Below, one piece after another: positions 1 to 7,661 of a stretch of DNA of 16,183 bases. The translations under genes were made by a program, and so were the position numbers. Source of the DNA: a virus. The notes below the pieces were generated by a model. It saw nothing but the letters and a program-made list of their open reading frames with translations, did not search any database and was not told where the DNA came from. The stretch lies in the UHGV virus genome UHGV-0286155. One strand, written 5' to 3'. Position 1 is the stretch's first letter, and every line of letters starts with the position of its first letter.

Positions 1-37
1 AGTCATCTGGGGCGGAGTAACAGTATTTAAACGGTTC

Positions 38-601
38 TTGGACAACCGTAAAGATATTCGCCTTGCAGAAATTGCTAAGGATGGAGAGAAAGAACATCTC
101 CGGACTATGCAGATCATGAGCGAGCAAGAAACTAAACGCCTGCGGGTTATTTCAGAAATGATTGCGGAAAAACCACTTCTCGATAACATGGACCGTATGT
201 CGTATGACGCTAAAACCCAAATGGTCAAATCCTTTGTGCGTTCAGATAACGCTCAAATTGATGGCGTTACTATTGATTCTGAAATGGCGAAAGAGTTGGT
301 TACGAATGCTCGTAGACGTTCATCAGAAATGAGGATTGATGGTATTTACCGAATTGAAGAAGTCAATAATACTGACCCAGAGAGTTTCAAAGTTAAGGTC
401 CGACGCGTAGATACCGACCAACGTCTAACCTGCGTAGTTCAGGATGTTTTCCTTGATGAATCCGGAAACAAAGAAGCATTGCAGCGAGCTGAGTGGGAAA
501 GAAAGCCTGTACATTTGAGCATTAACGCAAAACACGTCGATGGTGACATTAAGTCAGCAGTAATTCTCTATGTTCGAGATGTGGAACAAAAGCCCGAGTA
601 A
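38..601 (+). CDS. hypothetical protein, possibly 5'-truncated by the window edge
   Basis: 187-codon ORF. The track start is a TTG and the frame stays open back to nt 2, so the true start may lie upstream of the window. Convergent with the Q gene. No family recognised. Confidence 0.4.
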   Translation: MDNRKDIRLAEIAKDGEKEHLRTMQIMSEQETKRLRVISEMIAEKPLLDNMDRMSYDAKTQMVKSFVRSDNAQIDGVTIDSEMAKELVTNARRRSSEMRIDGIYRIEEVNNTDPESFKVKVRRVDTDQRLTCVVQDVFLDESGNKEALQRAEWERKPVHLSINAKHVDGDIKSAVILYVRDVEQKPE

Positions 602-608
602 TCGGGCT
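589..608. terminator. hairpin between convergent genes, possible bidirectional terminator
   Basis: AAGCCCGA-GTAA-TCGGGCTT stem-loop overlapping the stop codon of the 38..601 ORF and lying 8 nt beyond the Q stop. Read on the minus strand, the 6-bp GC core is followed by UUUUGUU. The U-tract on the plus strand is poor. Confidence 0.3.
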
Positions 609-615
609 TCAATAA

Positions 616-993
616 TCAATCTTTAATTTCGGGGTCCATCTCTAGACTAATTTCCAGCATCGATAGGCAGCCATCAATAAACCCCTCAGCCATCTGTATC
701 TCAATGCGTATTAGTTTCTCATCCTTTTTACGAGCCTTGGCGAGCTTTCTTTTAGAGATACCGTATAGGTAATGGGCAACAAGAAGCGAATGTTCGTCCG
801 GCCTTTTTTGCCTTAGACGAGCAAGACAACCTTCAATAATTAATGCATCACTATCTGAACATGCCTGACGTGTTTTGCTTGTATAGGGAAGAAGCCCTTT
901 AAACCCAGCAGCTATAGGAGAATAGTCTACTCCTGAACTATCACTCGCCGCCCATGCTCCCCAACGATCCAGAACCATTTGAATATCACGCAT
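616..993 (-). CDS. late-gene antiterminator Q, short QuuD-like type (Phage_antitermQ family)
   Basis: N-terminal MRDIQMVLDRWGAWAA and a size of about 125 aa match, from memory, the short Q antiterminators of E. coli lambdoid prophages. The ATG at 993 has a GGAGAAAG RBS 5 nt upstream; the track start at 1008 is a TTG. It is the last gene of the leftward early operon, the expected position for Q. Confidence 0.6.
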   Translation of the reverse strand: MRDIQMVLDRWGAWAASDSSGVDYSPIAAGFKGLLPYTSKTRQACSDSDALIIEGCLARLRQKRPDEHSLLVAHYLYGISKRKLAKARKKDEKLIRIEIQMAEGFIDGCLSMLEISLEMDPEIKD

Positions 994-1010
994 CAACTTT
1001 CTCCACAAAA

Positions 1011-2006
1011 TCAGGCCAGCACGCCAATTGCCAGCGCACGATCGATAAAACGAAATATCAGCTCCAGCTGAGAGCCATACTTTTCTTCAAATACCACGGT
1101 ATCCGCATGCAGCTCGTCGTGATGCTTTCTGCACAAAGGCAGCACGAAGAGGTCATGCGCTTTTGTACCCATTCCACCCTGACCGTGGCCTATCAGGTGG
1201 TGGGGATCATCTGCAGGCTTTCCACAACATGCACACGGCTGCGTCTTAACCCAGCGCGTGTACTTTTCGTTAACCCAGCGGCGACGTTTGGGACGTAACA
1301 TAAAAGACTCCGGCGACTCCGGATCCACTTTCAGCGCCAGCACCTTTTTCGCCTTATCCTGGATGATGCTGGTGGCAGGAACCGAAGGCACAAGGTCACT
1401 TTCCCGGGTAACAGACGGCACAACAGGCTTCGGTAATCTCAGTGCCTTACGGGCTGCACTTTCCGGTAAGGCATCCGCCAGATCATTACGAATCAGCCAC
1501 CAGCACAGTTCCGGCATTGTCACAACGTGACTGTCATCAAAACCGAGATCCCGACGCACAACAGACAACACCCAGCGGGCACAGTTATCCGTTGCCATTG
1601 ATTCCAGCCGTTCCGTGAACTGATCGCGCAGCTGGTTATCGCAGTGCCAGCACAGACGGATTGCACCCGGAGCGTGTCGCATTGTGGTCATGTTCTCGCT
1701 GTGCCAGTCGGAATGAGGCCACTGGCAGCCTTTTTCACGAAGTAACCAGCTTTCAAGACATTCCACGCCACCAGCACGACGGATCACTGCCTCATTGCGG
1801 AACACGGCCCGAACAGCAGGATCATCCGCCAGCGGTTGTGATGCCGCGGGAACGGCACCACTGGCGAAAGATGAATAACGTTCCGGCTCAGGCTCCAGCA
1901 GTACACGCCCCTGCATAAACAGGGGCATCAGCTCTGAACCTGGTCTGAACAATACGATCCCCATACGCGGGGCAATTTCAGGGGTCAGTAGTGCTCTCAC
2001 GGTCAC
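1011..2006 (-). CDS. DUF968/YdfU-like prophage protein with C-terminal Cys/His cluster
   Basis: 331-aa ORF directly upstream of Q, as ydfU is in the Qin prophage. The C-terminus carries CACCGKPADDPHHLIGHG...CRKHHDELH, a zinc-finger/HNH-like Cys-His motif. Tightly packed with its neighbours. Confidence 0.5.
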   Translation of the reverse strand: MTVRALLTPEIAPRMGIVLFRPGSELMPLFMQGRVLLEPEPERYSSFASGAVPAASQPLADDPAVRAVFRNEAVIRRAGGVECLESWLLREKGCQWPHSDWHSENMTTMRHAPGAIRLCWHCDNQLRDQFTERLESMATDNCARWVLSVVRRDLGFDDSHVVTMPELCWWLIRNDLADALPESAARKALRLPKPVVPSVTRESDLVPSVPATSIIQDKAKKVLALKVDPESPESFMLRPKRRRWVNEKYTRWVKTQPCACCGKPADDPHHLIGHGQGGMGTKAHDLFVLPLCRKHHDELHADTVVFEEKYGSQLELIFRFIDRALAIGVLA

Positions 2007-2007
2007 C

Positions 2008-2805
2008 TCAATGAACGGTATCGAGCAGCTTTAACAGCTCAGGGAATCGGGATTCGAAGAAATGCGGCTGCGTCTCGCGCGGATTTGCAGGACTGGTAAT
2101 GTTCTTGCCGAACATGCAGCCTTTCGCCGTCAGCGACCAGAATTTTTTGATGTTGTTAATCGCGGTACGGCTGTATCGTTCGCGCTGCTCGACGATCCCC
2201 AGCTTCACCATCTGGTGATATGCCTGATTAGCTGTCAGGCGGATACCATACTGCTTCAGCAATGCACTCAGTGACAGCGTGGGGCGGCTTGAGCCATCAG
2301 GCGCGTCAGCAGGAGCATCAATGGCATAGCGCGGTGCCAGATTCGGTAAGCCAACAGCCTCCTGAAGTTTCTGACAGGCTCCAAGCACTGAAGAGTTAGA
2401 CAGATTTAACTCCCGGCGCATAAAGTCCAGCAGAATCACGCCAGCCTGCATCTTGTCAGCAGCCTGTCCGGATAATTTTTCAGGTGCGCTGGTTACCATG
2501 TCGAAAGTACGGATCACCTTCAGATGGAATGACGGGCTGATCCACATTGCATAGGCATACACCAGTTCTTTGCAGACATACGTCCCCTGGTTATTTCCGC
2601 CACGAATAACGTTAACTGGCTCTATATTGACCGAGTTGCAAATCTGCAACTCGCTTATTAAACGTTCAGTTTGCTCATTGCGGAGCCAGAATGCAGGCTT
2701 ATGCTTATCCAGAGAACCGGCAGCCCTGTGCAGATCGTTCAGGCTGTAACGACCATAAGCATCACGACGAACTTCAATACCATCAATGACCATCAGATTA
2801 TTCAT
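2008..2805 (-). CDS. KilA-N domain protein (antirepressor-like)
   Basis: The N-terminus MVIDGIEVRRDAYGRYSLNDLHRAAG...PAFWLRNEQ fits the KilA-N DNA-binding domain signature. Strong RBS GAGGAGAAA upstream of the ATG at 2805. Confidence 0.6.
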   Translation of the reverse strand: MNNLMVIDGIEVRRDAYGRYSLNDLHRAAGSLDKHKPAFWLRNEQTERLISELQICNSVNIEPVNVIRGGNNQGTYVCKELVYAYAMWISPSFHLKVIRTFDMVTSAPEKLSGQAADKMQAGVILLDFMRRELNLSNSSVLGACQKLQEAVGLPNLAPRYAIDAPADAPDGSSRPTLSLSALLKQYGIRLTANQAYHQMVKLGIVEQRERYSRTAINNIKKFWSLTAKGCMFGKNITSPANPRETQPHFFESRFPELLKLLDTVH

Positions 2806-2824
2806 ACTTCGTTTCTCCTCTTAA

Positions 2825-3214
2825 TCAGGCGGCTGCACCCGCCGGTTTCTCGTACTTACTGATAGTGATCTCGACCTTCCCTTCCGGGATAACCGGTCCC
2901 CACTCCACCAGCATTCTTTTCACCTGACTGTCGTCTTCCCACACACCCGCGTGGGTCAGGGCGTCAAACAGCGCCTTGTTATAGTTGTCCAGATCGCGGA
3001 TCCGGTTATCCGGAGGAAACAACACGATCTCCACTGAAGCTGGTGCCGACGTTGGTTTCGGCAGACGGCGTAACTGCTCAATGATGGCGGCACACGCCGC
3101 GCCCTGGAATTTACGCCCCGCCGCGCTTATCAGGCTCTTACCTGCAAAAGCCCCTTTGTTGGGGTGTCGCCAGTACGTGTTCACGCTGGGGGGAAACGGC
3201 AGGATCAGCTTCAT
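2825..3214 (-). CDS. rusA: Holliday junction resolvase RusA
   Basis: 129 aa. N-terminal LPFPPSVNTYWRH and the central DLDNYNKALFDALTHAGVWEDD acidic motif are characteristic of the RusA family. The start overlaps the upstream stop as ATGA. Confidence 0.8.
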   Translation of the reverse strand: MKLILPFPPSVNTYWRHPNKGAFAGKSLISAAGRKFQGAACAAIIEQLRRLPKPTSAPASVEIVLFPPDNRIRDLDNYNKALFDALTHAGVWEDDSQVKRMLVEWGPVIPEGKVEITISKYEKPAGAAA

Positions 3215-3537
3215 ACTTTCAGCCCCCTCTCATGTAACCAGTGGGCTGCACGCAGCCTGCCGTTTTCCTCACCGGCAAGCAGTGCGCGGATAATCCCGAC
3301 CGCCTCGCTGTCGTCGTCCTTCACCGCGGTATGAAGCGTTATCCCCCGGGCCACGCCACGCTTTATCGTGATGACGCCTTTTTTCTCCAGTGCGCGAAGA
3401 TGCTCTACCGCTGCATTCACTGAACGGTATCCCAGCATGGTTGCCACCTCCTGATTGGTTGGCGGGAAGCCACGTTCTTGCTGGTAAGAAATCAGCATAT
3501 CCAGCACCTGCTGCTGGCATTGAGTTAACGTCGTCAT
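3211..3537 (-). CDS. LexA N-terminal DNA-binding-domain-like protein lacking the S24 peptidase domain
   Basis: The first ~70 aa align from memory with the LexA winged-helix domain: QQQVLDMLISYQQERGFPPTNQEVATMLGYRSVNAAVEHLRALEKKGVI against LexA [49 protein letters not shown]. No Ala-Gly/Ser-Lys protease module follows. ATGA overlaps with both neighbours. Confidence 0.55.
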   Translation of the reverse strand: MTTLTQCQQQVLDMLISYQQERGFPPTNQEVATMLGYRSVNAAVEHLRALEKKGVITIKRGVARGITLHTAVKDDDSEAVGIIRALLAGEENGRLRAAHWLHERGLKV

Positions 3538-4187
3538 GCCGCCATCTCCCTGACCAGTTTTTCCGCCTGCTGGCGAACCTGCACCAGAAACGCCTCACCA
3601 CATGCCTCAAGTTCATCGCGCCCGATGTAGCTGATTGCCGGTCCCTTCCAGGTCTTGTCGAAAACAGCAATAGCACCAGCGAAGAAAGCACCTGTCGGCA
3701 CCTGCTTCTCGTCCTTCGGGATAAACCAGGCAGGCAGTTCAAAACCAATACGCCCGCGAATAAAAGCAATATGGTCCGCATCTTCCGGCCACCACACTTC
3801 ACTGGTGGCAGCTTTGATCAGGAAAACATAGCGCCCGCCTTTATCACGCATGGCACTGGCATGTTTCATGATGTAACGCATGCCGGTGATGTATTGCCCC
3901 TCATGCTGACTGGCGCGGCTGTATGGGGGATTACCAAAGGCAGCACCTTTAAGCTCCGCAAGGCGTTCTGACCAGTCATGCGCCAGCGCGTTGTCTTCCG
4001 CCGTGTAATACGCGGCACATTTGGCGTTATCACCGTCAGTGAACAGATCCAGAACAAACGGGCCAAACAGGGTGTTAATTCCCCAGAAAATGTTGTCCGG
4101 CGTGCGCCACTGATCGCCCACTTCCTTCAGTTCATGGGCTGGTTTGTTCCGCAGTTCCACCAGTGCCTGACAATATTTATTACTCAT
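3534..4187 (-). CDS. phage-type DNA N6-adenine methyltransferase (Dam-like)
   Basis: NPPY catalytic motif (AAFGNPPYSRA) and overall phage Dam-family resemblance. The preferred start is the ATG at 4187 (MSNKYCQ...), which overlaps the upstream stop as TAATG; the track start at 4220 would overlap the upstream gene by 34 nt. Confidence 0.7.
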   Translation of the reverse strand: MSNKYCQALVELRNKPAHELKEVGDQWRTPDNIFWGINTLFGPFVLDLFTDGDNAKCAAYYTAEDNALAHDWSERLAELKGAAFGNPPYSRASQHEGQYITGMRYIMKHASAMRDKGGRYVFLIKAATSEVWWPEDADHIAFIRGRIGFELPAWFIPKDEKQVPTGAFFAGAIAVFDKTWKGPAISYIGRDELEACGEAFLVQVRQQAEKLVREMAA

Positions 4188-4675
4188 TAAGCCCCCACGT
4201 AATTCCCTGACAGATACCACTCTTCACCCGATGCAGCGCGCTTGCTGCTTTTCTGTAAGCACTGCTCACGACGCGCCAGAAAATTGTTTCGTTCTGGCTG
4301 GGAGTGGCTTTCACGGAATACCGCCATCCACACGGTTGCAGCACGACGGTATAAGCCCCTGGACTCCAGTTCTTCAGCCTGGCGGGTCAGGCACAAAATC
4401 ACCCGTGGATCGTTAGTGCCGACATAGAAATTGCGCACAGGTCTGGTTTCTCGAACTGGTTGTGGTTCCGGTTCCTGCGCTCTCTCAGTCAGGCGCGGGA
4501 AATGTCTGCGTGTATCTCCTTCACAACGGTGAGCCACACGCCCACTCTGACGTAACTTGCTTGCTGACTGCAGAACGCGCTGCCGTGAGTAACCTGCAAA
4601 AGCATCCGCAATGTCTCCGGAAGTACATCCCGGATGGGCTTCAATGAATTTCTGAACTTCATTCAAAAGACTCAT
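4187..4675 (-). CDS. hypothetical protein with PerC/Pch-like C-terminal motif
   Basis: The C-terminal AEELESRGLYRRAATVWMAV resembles, from memory, the AE-LE--G-(W/Y)RRAA--W signature of PerC/Pch activators. The ATG at 4675 has an AGGGGG RBS; the track start at 4681 is a GTG. Confidence 0.4.
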   Translation of the reverse strand: MSLLNEVQKFIEAHPGCTSGDIADAFAGYSRQRVLQSASKLRQSGRVAHRCEGDTRRHFPRLTERAQEPEPQPVRETRPVRNFYVGTNDPRVILCLTRQAEELESRGLYRRAATVWMAVFRESHSQPERNNFLARREQCLQKSSKRAASGEEWYLSGNYVGA

Positions 4676-4677
4676 GA

Positions 4678-5619
4678 TCACCCCCTGAATCCTGCCGGGA
4701 TCTGGCTGTAGTCCACGTTGTCGTAACTGGATTTGAAGTACGGGTCTTCGCGTTTTTCGGTGTACGTGCTGACGGACGGTGATAAGCGCAGGGAAAGCTC
4801 ATCCCATTTTTCCCGCAACTTCGACGGGCTGAGCACGTTACGGCACCAGAACGGATCGCGGCTGACGCGGCTGTACATCTCGCAGATTTGTTTGTGAGTA
4901 CGACCATCCTGCACACACATCAGGCGAATTTCGTTTGCCCAGGCTGTCCAGTTCGGTTCTTTGGGACGAACCACCTCGCCGTCACATTCGGCGGCTTGCT
5001 CGTACAGGGCGATGATTTTTTTCCAGAGCCACTGTGCGCAGGTCAAATCATCCTGCGTTCCCCACTGGCGCTTTTTAGGGCTGAATACAACCGCATCAGG
5101 ATGGCGAGTTAAAAAATCCTGTTCATCCGTCTGCGTGTCCGGTTGCGAAGCGTCCGGACGAGAAGGTTTTTTATCTGACGGATCATGTTTTGATTTTACT
5201 GACGGATCCCCGCCAGATTCTGACGGGTGAAAACCCGCTTTTTTGCCAGATTTCGACGCATCAAATTTTGACGGGTCAGATTTTGATGCGTCAGATTTTG
5301 ACGGGTCAGAATCTGACAGTTGAGAAAATGCCGCTGCCTGAAGCTTCGCAACGTTAAGCTGATAAACATTCGACGCATTGCGGTTACCCTGGCGACGCGC
5401 CTTACGCGTTAACCAGCCTTCTGCTTCCAGCCGTGCGATAGCCGTCCTGACGGTACTCATCCCCGCGCCAATCTGACGGGCAATAGTTTCAATTGATGGC
5501 CAGCACACACCTTCGTCATTACTGAAATCAGCCAGGCGGGCCATAATTGCCACGCTGGATAATTTCATGCCTGATGCAGCGCAACCATCCCATACATAGC
5601 CGGTTAATTTAGTGCTCAT
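4678..5619 (-). CDS. replication initiator, lambda O-like architecture (N-terminal HTH, iteron-encoded linker)
   Basis: N-terminal HTH-type domain (WPSIETIARQIGAGMSTVRTAIARLEAEGWL), then a low-complexity linker SDSDPSKSDASKSDPSKFDASKSGKK encoded by the tandem DNA repeats at 5214-5321, then a C-terminal domain. It sits where lambda O sits, downstream of cro and the CII-position gene. GAGGT RBS before the ATG at 5619. Confidence 0.6.
   Translation of the reverse strand: MSTKLTGYVWDGCAASGMKLSSVAIMARLADFSNDEGVCWPSIETIARQIGAGMSTVRTAIARLEAEGWLTRKARRQGNRNASNVYQLNVAKLQAAAFSQLSDSDPSKSDASKSDPSKFDASKSGKKAGFHPSESGGDPSVKSKHDPSDKKPSRPDASQPDTQTDEQDFLTRHPDAVVFSPKKRQWGTQDDLTCAQWLWKKIIALYEQAAECDGEVVRPKEPNWTAWANEIRLMCVQDGRTHKQICEMYSRVSRDPFWCRNVLSPSKLREKWDELSLRLSPSVSTYTEKREDPYFKSSYDNVDYSQIPAGFRG
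5214..5321. repeat. iteron array, candidate replication origin inside the initiator gene
   Basis: Five tandem 15-bp units at 5247-5321 (CAGATTTCGACGCAT, CAAATTTTGACGGGT, CAGATTTTGATGCGT, CAGATTTTGACGGGT, CAGAATCTGACAGTT) plus a further copy at 5214-5228 and degenerate copies at about 5170-5207. Each unit has a TGACG..GTCA-type internal dyad. Confidence 0.55.
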
Positions 5620-5628
5620 GACCGACCT

Positions 5629-5967
5629 CTATTTCCCTGAATTTACGACGAAACTGTTCGAGCGGGCTGAAGCACTCATGCTCATAGCCTTCGCGGAGGT
5701 AGATAACTCGTTGTGTTTCCGGCTCCCAACGAATGACTCTGACGGGCACTCCGTAGTGATCTTTGAACCAGCGGTTAACTTGTCGCAAAGGACTGTCTCC
5801 TTCTGCCGGTTGAAATCACCCACAGCCCACTCAGCAAAGCTGTGGGTTACAATTTCCCTGTCACCTGGTACATTAACTGCATAGCAATACTCCACCTTCG
5901 CTTTTCCACCCGGTACAGGAAGCGCAATCAGTTGCGAGCGACGGTAGTGTGTTGTTAAACTGTTCAT
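5629..5967 (-). CDS. hypothetical protein
   Basis: 112-aa ORF in the operon orientation. Its ATG overlaps the upstream stop as ATGA and it ends 10 nt before the initiator gene's RBS. No family recognised. A plus-strand 90-aa ORF (5612..5884, GTG start) overlaps it and cannot be excluded. Confidence 0.35.
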   Translation of the reverse strand: MNSLTTHYRRSQLIALPVPGGKAKVEYCYAVNVPGDREIVTHSFAEWAVGDFNRQKETVLCDKLTAGSKITTECPSESFVGSRKHNELSTSAKAMSMSASARSNSFVVNSGK

Positions 5968-6572
5968 GCGTTAGTTTCTCCACAGTCACGACACGCCACG
6001 GCGCCCGGAGCTGCACACTCGCGGGCGTCATTACTTTCTGAAATGCAAAAGATTTTGTAGACCAGTGCTGCATGCTCCTGCAGCTTCGAAATTGAGAGAT
6101 ACAGCTCGTCGTTAATTGCTGTCTTCTCATGCGGTTCCACCACACCGTCTTCGATTGCCGAACGAATCTGTCTGGAATAACTGCCAATCTGTTCAATGAC
6201 TTCCAGCAGGCGCTGGTTAATATCGGCGTTGTCCACATCCTCGACGTCAGGAAGAGACACAAAGACGCCATTTGCAGACTGCGCCACAGCGTCAGCAATG
6301 AAGTGAGTTCCACCAGCACGTTGCAAAATCATTGCCCATCCCAGCGGGAAAATCTGATCGCCATCGGCACGAAGGCGGTTAAATAATGCGTTTTCTGTTA
6401 CATCCAGCCAGTCAGCTGCTTCAGCGTAACCACCCGGCAACGCTGCGATAGTTTTTCTGACAGCTTTCACGTACCACTCAGGCTGTTTTTCTACTTTCCA
6501 GTGATGCTTACCCACGGTTAGCCTCATCGTTCTGTGGTTTCTGTTAATCGATTTATCCATTAGATTTTTCAT
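5964..6572 (-). CDS. CII-position regulatory protein (putative)
   Basis: ORF directly downstream of the cro-like gene. Preferred start is the ATG at 6572 (MKNLMDK...), which slightly overlaps the cro stop; the track start at 6629 would overlap cro by 77 nt. Cys cluster at the C-terminus ([14 protein letters not shown]). Function assigned by synteny only. Confidence 0.4.
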   Translation of the reverse strand: MKNLMDKSINRNHRTMRLTVGKHHWKVEKQPEWYVKAVRKTIAALPGGYAEAADWLDVTENALFNRLRADGDQIFPLGWAMILQRAGGTHFIADAVAQSANGVFVSLPDVEDVDNADINQRLLEVIEQIGSYSRQIRSAIEDGVVEPHEKTAINDELYLSISKLQEHAALVYKIFCISESNDARECAAPGAVACRDCGETNA

Positions 6573-6753
6573 AAAGCTCAGGTTTAAATGGCAACCGTCC
6601 GCAAGTTCTATATGCAGCTTCTGCTGCACGTCCTTTTGGAATTAACTGGCCCGGACGGTTTCGCCACTGATAAACGGCTTCAGTTGTTATGCCGAAAAAA
6701 GCAGCAACTTTCTCAATACTGCCGAAGTAGCTTTCGATATCGTCAGTTGTCAT
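6553..6753 (-). CDS. Cro-like HTH repressor (YdaS/Cro family)
   Basis: 66 aa. HTH segment VAAFFGITTEAVYQWRN..IPKGRAAE. Divergent from the CI-like gene across a 97-bp operator region. GGAGGG RBS. Confidence 0.6.
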   Translation of the reverse strand: MTTDDIESYFGSIEKVAAFFGITTEAVYQWRNRPGQLIPKGRAAEAAYRTCGRLPFKPELYEKSNG

Positions 6754-6850
6754 ACGCCCTCCAAGCTAAGTTTTATTAGATGCTAATTACAAATCTATCT
6801 TTGGTCAATAAAAACTAAGATTACTTAGCAATTCAAGAAATGGTGCTCCT
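6754..6850. promoter_or_regulatory. divergent immunity promoter/operator region (PR/PRM-like)
   Basis: Intergenic region between the cro-like and cI-like genes. Palindromes ATTAGATGCTAAT (6775-6787) and CTAAGATTACTTAG (6815-6828). On the minus strand TTGACC-N17-TAGCAT is a candidate PR, with the first palindrome overlapping its -10. Confidence 0.5.
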
Positions 6851-7477
6851 ATGGAAACGGTTGGTCAGCGTATAAAAGCTCTGAGAAGAGTTACCGGAAC
6901 GTCCCAGAAAGAATTGGGTAAATTTTGTGGAGTAAGCGACGTTGCTGTGGGGTACTGGGAGAAAGACATCAATACCCCTGGTGGGGAGGCACTTTCGAAA
7001 TTAGCGAAGTTCTTCAATACGTCAATAGATTACATTCTTTATGGTGCTGAGTTTGAAGGCAAACTCGTCACAAACATGCGCAGAGTTCCTGTAATATCGT
7101 GGGTTCAGGCTGGGCAGTTTACTGAGTGCAGGGCAGCAGAAGTGTTTAGTGAAGTGGACAAGTGGGTAGATACATCATTAAAGATTGGTGATAACTCATT
7201 TGCATTAGAGGTTAAAGGTGACTCCATGACTAACCCTAATGGCCTCCCAACAATACCAGAAGGCGCAACAGTGATTGTAGATCCAGATGCAGAACCTCGT
7301 CATGGAAAAATAGTCATCGCTCGACTTGATGGAACAAACGAAGCTACAGTAAAAAAATTAGTCATCGATGGCCCTCAAAAGTTTTTAGTGCCATTAAATC
7401 CTCGGTATCCCAACATCCCTATCAATGGTAATTGCCTTATCATTGGTGTAGTCAAAGGAGTTCAATACGAACTCTAA
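6851..7477 (+). CDS. CI-like prophage repressor (HTH_XRE + S24 LexA-type peptidase domain)
   Basis: N-terminal HTH (QRIKALRRVTGTSQKELGKFCGVSDVAVGYWE), an Ala-Gly candidate autocleavage site (VQAGQF), the Ser motif KGDSMTNP and a downstream Lys (ATVKKLV) typical of the S24 family. Confidence 0.8.
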   Translation: METVGQRIKALRRVTGTSQKELGKFCGVSDVAVGYWEKDINTPGGEALSKLAKFFNTSIDYILYGAEFEGKLVTNMRRVPVISWVQAGQFTECRAAEVFSEVDKWVDTSLKIGDNSFALEVKGDSMTNPNGLPTIPEGATVIVDPDAEPRHGKIVIARLDGTNEATVKKLVIDGPQKFLVPLNPRYPNIPINGNCLIIGVVKGVQYEL

Positions 7478-7661
7478 GACCTCTCTTCTCTAACTAAGGC
7501 ACCGAACTAAGAAAAGTTTGGTGTTTTCTCTTGCCACAATAACTAAGTTAAGTTAGATTTTATATCAAAGATAACGAACAGGCAGGACGCCCACGAAGTA
7601 GCCGCCGGTGGCGTATGAATGACCGGATGATTCGTTAAATACTATGTGTAAGAGAGCGCAA

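Noticed and set aside
954-4647. Many plus-strand ORFs of 60-190 aa (954..1298, 1258..1530, 1661..1918, 2062..2274, 2671..2862, 2985..3293, 3241..3423, 3390..3971, 3978..4190, 4231..4416, 4242..4427, 4462..4647) and minus-strand 3269..3802 and 3866..4066
   Set aside because: They lie antisense to, or out of frame within, the well-supported minus-strand genes (Q, DUF968, KilA-N, RusA, LexA-like, Dam, PerC-like), lack RBS context, and have Arg/Cys/Pro-rich compositions typical of shadow ORFs.
5247-5321. Short tandem direct repeats as a possible CRISPR array
   Set aside because: The 15-bp units are contiguous with no spacers, lie inside a coding gene and encode its linker. They are replication-origin iterons.
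5612-5884. Plus-strand 90-aa ORF as the real gene between the CII-position gene and the initiator
   Set aside because: It uses a GTG start, runs against the operon, and lacks the ATGA coupling and RBS spacing that support the minus-strand 112-aa ORF. Not excluded, but less likely.
4659-6386. ORFs 4659..4916(-), 4888..5112(+), 4961..5230(+), 5196..5378(-), 5873..6319(-), 6129..6386(+)
   Set aside because: All overlap the replication initiator or the CII-position gene in other frames or strands. 5196..5378 is simply the iteron array read in another frame.
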